Positions 57,152 through 64,000 of a stretch of 64,000 nt of DNA are shown one piece after another. The notes beneath the pieces were generated by a model. It worked only from the letters and a program-made list of their open reading frames with translations, searched no databases and was not told the origin of the DNA. Origin of the DNA: an uncultured Gammaproteobacteria bacterium (GTDB lineage Bacteria > Patescibacteriota > Microgenomatia > UBA1406 > GWC2-37-13); assembly GCA_964387955.1 (NCBI GenBank), contig CAYLXX010000001.1, positions 11,993 through 75,992 of the forward strand, read 5' to 3'. Position numbers and translations under genes: made by a program. The stretch's first letter is position 1, and each line of letters begins with the position of its first letter.

Positions 57152-58318
57152 ATGTTAGTCAAACCACGAGCCGGACAAGCTGCAAAAATCAAAGTCATTG
57201 GTGTAGGGGGCGGCGGCGGTAATGCCATATCTTCTATGATTGCAGAAGGCGGCATTCCAGGAGTCGAATTTGTGGCCGTCAATACCGATGCCCAAGCTTT
57301 ACTCCATAATAAAGCCGGTTTAAAAATCCAGATAGGAGATAATCTTACCAAAGGATTGGGTTCGGGTGGAGATCCAGAAATTGGTCGAGAAGCAGCCGAA
57401 GAATCACGCGAGAAACTAAAAGACGAAATTAGCGGCGCTGATATGGTATTTATTACGGCAGGCGAAGGCGGCGGCACTGGAACAGGCGCCGCGCCTATTG
57501 TTGCAGAAGTCGCTAAAGAAACAGGTGCACTTACCGTCGCGGTTGTCACCAAACCATTTGATTTTGAAGGAGTTAAGCGTAAACACGCCGCCGAAGAAGG
57601 CACTCTCCGACTCAAAGACAAAGTTGATACACTGATCGTTGTACCGAATCAGAGAATTTTGGGAGTGATTGATAAAAAAACTCCTATCCTTGAAGCCTTT
57701 AAGAGAATCGACTCAGTTTTACACCAAGGAGTAAAAGGAATTGCTGAGTTAATTACGTTGCCAGGATTGGTAAACGTGGATTTTGCCGATGTGAGAACCA
57801 TTATGAGTAATGCCGGCACAGCTCTTATGGGTATTGGTTCAGGTAGCGGTGAGAAACGAGCCCTGCAGGCTATCAAACAAGCTATTTCATCGCCACTTCT
57901 TGATACATCGATTGAAGGCGCAAAGGGAATTCTTTTTAATGTGGTCGGCGGTGATGATCTCTCAATGGTGGAAATCGATGAAGCGGCCAATATTATCGCC
58001 AAAGTAGTCGATCCCGAAGCCGATATCATCTTTGGTGCTGCAGTTGACCCGAAATTAACCGACGAGATCAGGATAACTGTTGTAGCCACTAAATTTGACG
58101 AATCCAAACTCAATTTATTTAGATATAAAAAAGAAAATAAGCGCGAAGAACATATAGTTGATGAGGGGAGCAATGAGCAGGAAATCACTGCTTCCACATT
58201 GCTTGATGAAGAGGAGAACGATCTTGACGTTACCCGCAATGCCGAAGATACACTCAAAGAATATGACGATCTTGATATACCTGCATTTTTGCGTAATGAT
58301 AAGAAGCGATTTGAATGA
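57152..58318 (+). CDS. ftsZ: cell division GTPase FtsZ
   Basis: GVGGGGGNA, tubulin signature [13 protein letters not shown]-terminal peptide DIPAFLR. Confidence 0.95.
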   Translation: MLVKPRAGQAAKIKVIGVGGGGGNAISSMIAEGGIPGVEFVAVNTDAQALLHNKAGLKIQIGDNLTKGLGSGGDPEIGREAAEESREKLKDEISGADMVFITAGEGGGTGTGAAPIVAEVAKETGALTVAVVTKPFDFEGVKRKHAAEEGTLRLKDKVDTLIVVPNQRILGVIDKKTPILEAFKRIDSVLHQGVKGIAELITLPGLVNVDFADVRTIMSNAGTALMGIGSGSGEKRALQAIKQAISSPLLDTSIEGAKGILFNVVGGDDLSMVEIDEAANIIAKVVDPEADIIFGAAVDPKLTDEIRITVVATKFDESKLNLFRYKKENKREEHIVDEGSNEQEITASTLLDEEENDLDVTRNAEDTLKEYDDLDIPAFLRNDKKRFE

Positions 58319-58346
58319 TGCTTCTTCTCCTGATACAATGTGATTT

Positions 58347-61145
58347 ATGTTTACTCAGTCTGATGCCCAGGTAGACTTTCCTAAACTTGAAGAAGGCATA
58401 CTCTCATTTTGGCAAAAAAATAAGACATTCGAGAAGTCACTTGAGTTACGAAAAGATGCCAAAAAATGGAATTTCGTCGATGGCCCTCCTTTCATCACTG
58501 GTCTTCCTCACTACGGTACTTTACTTTCGAGTATCCCCAAAGACGTGTTTCCCAGGTTTTGGACAATGAAAGGGTATTATGTGAGACGTGTTTGGGGTTG
58601 GGATGTACACGGTCTTCCCGCAGAAAATAAAGTTGAGGTCAAACTTGGGCTTAAGAGTAAGAGAGACATAGAAGAAAAAATCGGTGTCAAAAAATTTATC
58701 GAAGAATGTAAAAAATATGTTAGCGAAGTCTCCGGTGAGTGGGAGTGGTATGTTGATCACATTGCCCGCTGGGTAGATTTTAAAAATGCCTACAAAACCA
58801 ATGATCTCTCGTACATGGAGTCAGTGATGTGGGTATTTAAGCAAATGCATGAGAAAAACCTGATTTACAAAGGCCTGCGTGTATCTTTGTATTGTCCTCA
58901 CGATTCCACGCCTATCTCCAACTTCGAAGTAGCCATGGATGCCGATAATTACAAAATGGTTACCGAAATGGCAACAACCTATAAATATAAACTGCTCGGA
59001 GAAAAAGACACGTATCTACTTGCCTGGTCGACTACTCCTTGGAATAAAATTGCTACACCAGCACTGGCTGTCAATCCCCAACTCGAGTATGTGAAAGTCG
59101 AAGAACATGGTGAGAAATATATACTGGCTAAAACTACTTTAAAGATGTTGAGATCTGAAAAACCAAAAATTCTTGAAACTTTCAAGGGTGAAAAATTGAT
59201 CGGAGCCGAGTTTGAACCCCACTATGATTTTTACACAATTGACCCTGGTAAAAAAGCCTTCATAGTTATTGGCGGAGATTTCGTGACAGCCGAAGAAGGA
59301 ACAGGCATCGTGACCATTGCAGCCTATGGAGAAGAGGACTTGGCTGTCATGAAAAAAGAAAATATCCAGATTGTCTTGCATGTTGATGATGAGGGAACTA
59401 TTTTGCCGCATGTACCTAAATTTGGCGGCATGTATTACCTTAAGGCCAATAAAGCAGTTGATGAAGATTTAACAGGAAGAGGACTGGTGTATAAAGAGGA
59501 AGAATACACCCATAGTGTACCTACATGTTGGCGCTGTCACACACGATTGTATTATGCACCGCAAGATGCTTGGTATGTGAATATCCAAAATCTCAAAGAT
59601 CAACTAAAAAAAACCAACGAACAAGTGAATTGGTTCCCGCCTCATTTTAAACACGGCCGATTTTTGAAAAGTTTAGAAGCAGCCCCTGATTGGTGTATTT
59701 CACGCAGCCGTTATTGGGGTTCACCTGTACCTGTGTGGGAATGTGAAAACGATCATCAATTTGTGCCAGGATCAATAGCCGAACTCGAAAAAGCCTCTGG
59801 TAAAAAAATAGCCGATCTTCATAAACCAGAAATTGACGAAGTGGTAGTTATGTGTAAGGAATGTGGTAAACCTGCTCAACGAGTGAAAGAGGTTCTGGAT
59901 AGCTGGATTGAAGCTGGCTCTGCCCCGTATGCTGAACGACATTATCCGTTTGAGAACAACAATTTACAAGATTTTTTTCCGCCAGATTTTATTGTTGAAT
60001 ACACCGGTCAAATAAGGGCTTGGTTTTATGTCCTCCACGTTTTAGCCAATGCCATTTTTGAGTCGAATGCTTTTAAAAACGTCATTGTTACCGGAGTAAT
60101 TCTAGGGTCAGACGGCCGTAAAATGAGTAAAAATTACGGCAATTATCCAGATCCCAAAATGATGCTTGAGAAATATGGTGGTGATGCTTTGCGTTTGTAT
60201 CTTCTAGGAAGTTCGGTCATGAAAGGCGAGGATATACTAATTTCAGAAGAGGAATATCGTAATCAACTCAAGACATTACTTATTCCTATAACTAATATCT
60301 ATAAATTTTTTGCAACCTACGCCAATGCCGACAAGTGGGAACCTCAAACCGAGATTCAGGTAAAAAATATTCTTGATGTCTGGATTATTTCCAAGCTGCA
60401 CTCTTTGATAAAAAATGTTACGAAAGCGCTTGAGAATTACGACACTATAACTGCAGTCTCGCAACTGACTATCTTTATCGACGACATGTCCAAGTGGTAT
60501 ATTCGCCGTAGCAGATCGCGAGTGGGTATGCAGGCAGAAAATGACGCCGATAAAAACGAGTTTTATAGTACTTGCTATGTTGTACTTAAAACATATTCCC
60601 AGATTCTGGCGCCGATAGCTCCCTTCATGAGCGAATTTTTGTATCAACATTTAACAGATGATGAATCTGTGCATTTGACCAATTGGCCAGAGTATGATGA
60701 CTCATTGATCGACGCATCTCTTGAGCAAATGATGGACCAAGCCCGCAAAGCAGTAGAAGAGGGTCATGCTAAAAGGAAAGAAGAAAAAATCAAAGTACGT
60801 ATGCCCATGAGACTTCTCGAGTGGAAATCAGAACAGGATTATAAGAGTATGAGCCCTGAAATTTGGAATATTATTCTGGAAGAGCTTAATGTAAAAAATA
60901 TTAAAGTAGGCGCTATCAGATATCCTGCCATTGAAGTGAAAGTGACTGACGAAGAACTACAGCATGAAGGAGACTTGCGTGATCTGATACGAAAAATTCA
61001 AGAAGAGCGAAAAAATTTAGGCTACACCATCGACAAGAAAATATCTCTCATTATCCCCAAAGATTTCGCAAAAGACACCGATTTTATTAAAAAACGCGTT
61101 CTTGCTGTAGACATCAAAGTCGGCGAAAGTCTCTCGGTTGAGTGA
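58347..61145 (+). CDS. ileS: isoleucyl-tRNA synthetase, type 2 (eukaryote-like)
   Basis: DGPPFITGLPHYGT (HIGH region), CP1 editing domain, KMSKN loop followed by YGNYPDP. 932 aa. Confidence 0.85.
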   Translation: MFTQSDAQVDFPKLEEGILSFWQKNKTFEKSLELRKDAKKWNFVDGPPFITGLPHYGTLLSSIPKDVFPRFWTMKGYYVRRVWGWDVHGLPAENKVEVKLGLKSKRDIEEKIGVKKFIEECKKYVSEVSGEWEWYVDHIARWVDFKNAYKTNDLSYMESVMWVFKQMHEKNLIYKGLRVSLYCPHDSTPISNFEVAMDADNYKMVTEMATTYKYKLLGEKDTYLLAWSTTPWNKIATPALAVNPQLEYVKVEEHGEKYILAKTTLKMLRSEKPKILETFKGEKLIGAEFEPHYDFYTIDPGKKAFIVIGGDFVTAEEGTGIVTIAAYGEEDLAVMKKENIQIVLHVDDEGTILPHVPKFGGMYYLKANKAVDEDLTGRGLVYKEEEYTHSVPTCWRCHTRLYYAPQDAWYVNIQNLKDQLKKTNEQVNWFPPHFKHGRFLKSLEAAPDWCISRSRYWGSPVPVWECENDHQFVPGSIAELEKASGKKIADLHKPEIDEVVVMCKECGKPAQRVKEVLDSWIEAGSAPYAERHYPFENNNLQDFFPPDFIVEYTGQIRAWFYVLHVLANAIFESNAFKNVIVTGVILGSDGRKMSKNYGNYPDPKMMLEKYGGDALRLYLLGSSVMKGEDILISEEEYRNQLKTLLIPITNIYKFFATYANADKWEPQTEIQVKNILDVWIISKLHSLIKNVTKALENYDTITAVSQLTIFIDDMSKWYIRRSRSRVGMQAENDADKNEFYSTCYVVLKTYSQILAPIAPFMSEFLYQHLTDDESVHLTNWPEYDDSLIDASLEQMMDQARKAVEEGHAKRKEEKIKVRMPMRLLEWKSEQDYKSMSPEIWNIILEELNVKNIKVGAIRYPAIEVKVTDEELQHEGDLRDLIRKIQEERKNLGYTIDKKISLIIPKDFAKDTDFIKKRVLAVDIKVGESLSVE

Positions 61146-61159
61146 GCTATAATTAGCAG

Positions 61160-62191
61160 ATGGGAATTGCTTTGCCTTCTTTACTACTCTTCATTTTCGG
61201 TGCTTTTACCCTTCTTGGAGTTAAACCCGAGCTCTTTTTCAATCAAATCATTTTTTTTGTAATAGGAATAGGTCTTTATTTTTTTATTAAAAAAATGGGA
61301 TCGCACTTCTTCCGGATAAATGTGGGTTTTTTTTATTGGTTCTTTATTATTCTCCTTGTGGCTACTTTTTTAATCGGTATTGAAGCAAAAGGTTCTAAAC
61401 GCTGGATCGATCTCATATTTTTTAATTTTCAGGCCTCTGAGTTTTTTAAAGTATTTTTTTTACTGTATTTTGCCGATTACTTTTCTAAAAATAGATTGTA
61501 CGGTGACCAATTTCAGGCGTTTCTAAAAAGTTTACTAATTGCAGGAGTGCCAATTTTTATCATCTTTAAGCAGCCTGATTTAGCAACTGCGCTTACATTT
61601 ATCTGCATGTATGTTGTCTTATTGCTTTTTTCCAAAGTTCCAAAAGCGTATATTATCAATGTCGCTATCGTGACGATGTTTATATTGCCGCTGTTTTTTT
61701 TCCTGTTAAAAGATTACCAAAAAGCCCGCATTGTCGGCTTTCTTAATCCGCATGTTGATCAACTGGGAACTTCTTATAATATGACTCAAGCGATCATCGC
61801 AGTCGGTTCGGGTCAGTTTTTTGGCAAGGGGCTAGGTGCTGGTACACAATCAGGCCTCCATTTTCTCCCCGAAAACCACACCGATTTTGCCTTTTCTTCT
61901 CTTGTTGAACAATTTGGCTTTGTCGGAGGAGGGATCGTGATCTTGTTGTATGGTTTGCTGGCCTATAATTTTATAAAAAAAATTATCACGTATTTTTATG
62001 ATAGGAGTGAAGAGGGGAGATTTAAATTTTTGTTTACTTTGGGTTTTTTCACTTTTTTCGTGTTCCAAGTGTTGGTGAATATAGGTATGAATGTGGGGCT
62101 ATTGCCTATTGCTGGTATTACTCTGCCTCTTATTTCCTACGGCGGCTCATCGCTTGTAACCTGGGCCATTGGTCTGGCACTTCTGCCTTAA
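61160..62191 (+). CDS. rodA: SEDS family protein RodA-like
   Basis: FQASEFFKV, ENHTDFAFS, GITLPLISYGGSS. A TATAAT box (61148..61153) lies 6 nt before the ATG. Confidence 0.8.
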   Translation: MGIALPSLLLFIFGAFTLLGVKPELFFNQIIFFVIGIGLYFFIKKMGSHFFRINVGFFYWFFIILLVATFLIGIEAKGSKRWIDLIFFNFQASEFFKVFFLLYFADYFSKNRLYGDQFQAFLKSLLIAGVPIFIIFKQPDLATALTFICMYVVLLLFSKVPKAYIINVAIVTMFILPLFFFLLKDYQKARIVGFLNPHVDQLGTSYNMTQAIIAVGSGQFFGKGLGAGTQSGLHFLPENHTDFAFSSLVEQFGFVGGGIVILLYGLLAYNFIKKIITYFYDRSEEGRFKFLFTLGFFTFFVFQVLVNIGMNVGLLPIAGITLPLISYGGSSLVTWAIGLALLP

Positions 62192-62206
62192 AACGATCCT
62201 ATAATA

Positions 62207-62235
62207 TTGCAAAATTCTGACTTTTTGGCTATAAT
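62207..62235 (+). promoter_or_regulatory. sigma70-like promoter preceding a long untranslated leader
   Basis: TTGCAA (62207..62212), 17-nt spacer, TATAAT (62230..62235). The next credible start codon is about 280 nt downstream at 62521. Confidence 0.5.
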
Positions 62236-62334
62236 ATAAGCTTAGCAGTATTGCTTTCTTCAGCCACGATAGATGCCTTCTGGCCCCGGAAATCAATAGG
62301 GTTTTGCACCTTGATAAAACTAGGATGCTGCCTT

Positions 62335-62389
62335 AAGTGAAAGAGGCTAAAGGAGGGTATAATCTGCCTTTCTCTATTCTCTTTCACTT
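62335..62389 (+). promoter_or_regulatory. 11-bp perfect inverted repeat (hairpin) in the leader
   Basis: AAGTGAAAGAG (62335..62345) pairs with CTCTTTCACTT (62379..62389). An inner AAAGG/CCTTT pairing partly sequesters an AAGGAGG-like element and a TATAAT. Confidence 0.5.
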
Positions 62390-62520
62390 TAGTTGAATTG
62401 AAGCTTAAAAGAGCCTAGATTCACAACTTTCCTTTTGAAGGGATGAGGGCGGCCTCCAAACGGAAAATAACAGTGAAAGCGAACCTGGTAGTTAGCTCGA
62501 GGAAACGAAAGGAGACTAGT

Positions 62521-62871
62521 ATGGAAGAACTTACAGTACTAACCCCAAGTTATGATCGTCCGGTTATACATGTGCCGTTTGACGGTCAATTCGACACGAC
62601 ATTAGCTCGTTCGAAGGATACTACACTTCGTGCGATAGGTCGTTGGTCAGGCGAGAGCGGTGTCATCAATGTGACATTTCAGCTCAGAGCTTCTGATTTC
62701 CATATGGTGTCTGGGAAGCGCATCAACGTCAGAAAGATGCCACAACCCAAAGACCCGCGGCCGGTAACAAGTTACGGACGAACCACTCAAAGAGGAAACT
62801 TGAAGATGAGACTCAAGCCTGGTATTTACCAAGTTTGGTTCCATTCTCCAACAGACGAGATTGACGATTAA
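62521..62871 (+). CDS. orphan protein X1 (116 aa), no family recognised
   Basis: ATG at 62521 preceded by AAAGGAG (62508..62514). An in-frame ATG at 62443 would add a K/R-rich 26 aa but lacks a spaced SD. Lys/Arg-rich C-terminal half. Confidence 0.55.
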   Translation: MEELTVLTPSYDRPVIHVPFDGQFDTTLARSKDTTLRAIGRWSGESGVINVTFQLRASDFHMVSGKRINVRKMPQPKDPRPVTSYGRTTQRGNLKMRLKPGIYQVWFHSPTDEIDD

Positions 62872-62923
62872 AGTAAAGGACGAGCCGCCCTCTCCTTTTA
62901 CTTCTATGATAAGGAGTGAAGTA

Positions 62924-63316
62924 ATGTCTCAAACGACCTTGGACTACCAAGTCAAACTTTGGTGTTCTGATTGCCAAAAAAACGTCATAGTCACCAAGCC
63001 TGTAGGTTTGAAACACAATGCATATGTTGAGAAAGCCAATTGCCCAATATGCAATAGCTTTTATCCTTTGTCGGAGATCGCATGCCCGGACTGCCAATGC
63101 ACCACCATAGAAGCCTGGACACTCTGCAAAGGTCAATTAAGCCATGCACATTCTGAGCGAAAGCTTACTCACCAAGTAACTTTACCTACGAGCGTCGACC
63201 TATCTCACCATATTCGCCGTATCGAGATAGCAATGGTACTTATAGTCTTAGTGCTCCTGGCTCTCATAGCCTGGCTCGCTGCACAAGTTGCGCAAGGAGG
63301 TTTCACTGTTCCGTGA
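62924..63316 (+). CDS. orphan protein X2 (130 aa): Cys-rich zinc-ribbon N-domain with a C-terminal transmembrane anchor
   Basis: ATG at 62924 preceded by AAGGAG (62911..62916). CSDC, CPIC and CPDC plus two more Cys. TM segment IAMVLIVLVLLALIAWLAAQVA lies near the C-terminus. Confidence 0.6.
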   Translation: MSQTTLDYQVKLWCSDCQKNVIVTKPVGLKHNAYVEKANCPICNSFYPLSEIACPDCQCTTIEAWTLCKGQLSHAHSERKLTHQVTLPTSVDLSHHIRRIEIAMVLIVLVLLALIAWLAAQVAQGGFTVP

Positions 63317-63436
63317 TTCAAGGTGTGAGAGAGAACGTATTTTCTAAATATCAGATGGCATCTGGCAGTTGATTGCCATTGCAATCGCTCGTGGCCCAAT
63401 CAGCCCCAGAAATCCTTTGATATAAATACCTTCTCC

Positions 63437-63489
63437 TCTCACTTTTTAGGCTCAACTACGGTTGATTCCAGAAAGTGAGGATTTTTATT
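63437..63489 (+). terminator. possible intrinsic terminator after the orphan cassette
   Basis: TCTCACTTT (63437..63445) pairs with AAAGTGAGG (63472..63480), 8 WC plus 1 GU, followed by ATTTTTATT. The 26-nt loop is atypical. Confidence 0.3.
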
Positions 63490-63515
63490 GAAAATTGAAG
63501 GTTTTCAGGTATAAT
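63488..63515 (+). promoter_or_regulatory. sigma70-like promoter for rplU-rpmA
   Basis: TTGAAA (63488..63493), 16-nt spacer, TATAAT (63510..63515), then 8 nt to the ATG at 63524. Confidence 0.55.
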
Positions 63516-63523
63516 GTATACAT

Positions 63524-63829
63524 ATGAAATTAGCGGTTATTAAAACTGGTGGCAAACAATACTTAGTCCAAGAGGCCGATGAAATCGTCGTTGATATGCT
63601 GGAAGGCAAAAAAGACGAAAAAATCGAGCTGGAAACCTTGGCACTTATTGACGAAGAAACTGTCAAATTAGGCGACCCAGCTCTTAAAGAAGCTGTCACG
63701 GCCACAATTGTCGATCATATTAAAGGCGATAAAATCCGCGTGGCTAAATTTAAATCCAAAGTGAGATACCGTAAAGTTAGAGGGTTTCGTCCTCGACTGA
63801 GCAAACTTAAAATTGGTACAATAAAATAA
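63524..63829 (+). CDS. rplU: 50S ribosomal protein L21
   Basis: MKLAVIKTGGKQYLV and the C-terminal KRKVRGFRP-like basic region. Confidence 0.9.
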   Translation: MKLAVIKTGGKQYLVQEADEIVVDMLEGKKDEKIELETLALIDEETVKLGDPALKEAVTATIVDHIKGDKIRVAKFKSKVRYRKVRGFRPRLSKLKIGTIK

Positions 63830-63832
63830 GCT

Positions 63833-64000
63833 ATGGCACATACAAAGGCCCAGCGGGCCGTACGAGGAAATAGAGATTCACGATCCAAAAGACTTGGCGT
63901 CAAGATTTTTGGCGGTCAAGCTGTGATTCCTGGTAATGTAATTATCCGTCAAAAAGGCTCCAAAGTGCGCGCCGGAGACGGTGCTCTTCTCTCCAAAGAT
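63833..64000 (+). CDS. rpmA: 50S ribosomal protein L27 (3-prime partial at the window edge)
   Basis: Hand translation gives [48 protein letters not shown]. It runs off the window. Confidence 0.9.
   Translation, partial: MAHTKAQRAVRGNRDSRSKRLGVKIFGGQAVIPGNVIIRQKGSKVRAGDGALLSKD

Noticed and set aside
57127-58338. Two long minus-strand ORFs (164 aa and 229 aa) covering almost all of ftsZ
   Set aside because: They are Ser/Ala/Pro-rich, low-complexity mirror frames of a Gly/Ala/Val-rich, unmistakable ftsZ. No promoter or start context is visible. This is a typical shadow ORF.
62443-62520. Upstream in-frame ATG that would extend X1 by 26 K/R-rich residues
   Set aside because: It has no properly spaced SD (GAAGGG abuts the ATG), whereas the ATG at 62521 has AAAGGAG at 6-nt spacing. 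This is kept as an alternative rather than excluded.
62813-63136. 107-aa minus-strand ORF inside the orphan cassette
   Set aside because: It has a TTG start without an SD or promoter and lies antisense to X2, which has strong signals. It is probably a shadow frame, although that is less certain in an unannotated region.
1-64000. Alternative genetic code (UGA recoding as in some CPR lineages), CRISPR arrays, IS elements, integrases, prophage genes
   Set aside because: TGA terminates many genes at the expected lengths and takes part in ATGA overlaps. I saw no spaced direct-repeat arrays and no transposase, integrase or phage-like ORFs.

Overview
This is a dense (roughly 95% coding), AT-rich bacterial chromosome segment that uses the standard code: TGA acts as a stop and many gene pairs share ATGA start/stop overlaps. 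All calls come from reading the supplied translations and the DNA by eye. No homology search was run.

Gene content and style suggest a small-genome Candidate Phyla Radiation / Patescibacteria-like organism. The evidence is a minimal but rearranged dcw cluster, a short MurE and SufD, an archaeal-type AMP-phosphorylase-like enzyme, PMT- and PIG-V-like membrane glycosyltransferases, and almost no Shine-Dalgarno sequences. This is inference only.

Gene order:
- hypothetical, then tsaD
- sufCBDSU, a 3-Cys ferredoxin, a small zinc-ribbon ORF, greA
- a two-subunit 2-oxoacid:ferredoxin oxidoreductase, lon, a PCD/DCoH protein
- an 11-kb minus-strand glycan-assembly locus (FemAB-like, 3x GT4, PMT/ArnT-like, O-antigen-ligase-like, 2x GT2, PIG-V-like, RmlC-like) interrupted by a plus-strand tRNA-Met(CAU)
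- class A PBP, metG, mscL
- rpsO, pnp, ftsK
- mltG, an AMP-phosphorylase-like gene, murJ
- an extended dcw cluster: mraZ, rsmH, ftsL, ftsI, [EEP + membrane protein, antisense], murE, pgeF, murC, murB, murA, [GlmU-like, antisense], yvcK, dgkA, mraY, murD, ftsW, EEP, murG, ftsQ, ftsA, ftsZ
- ileS, rodA
- an orphan 1.3-kb cassette
- rplU and a partial rpmA

No CRISPR array, IS element, integrase or rRNA was seen.

The most unusual stretch is 62192..63523. It holds two orphan ORFs, one of them a tail-anchored Cys-rich zinc-ribbon protein, and both have canonical AAGGAG ribosome-binding sites in a window that otherwise barely uses them. A sigma70-like promoter and a leader of about 280 nt with alternative-pairing repeats precede them. 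Degenerate direct repeats and clustered palindromes flank them.

Other window-wide patterns are leaderless promoter architecture, convergent genes that share TTAA stop codons, and a putative MraZ operator with a 10-nt period.
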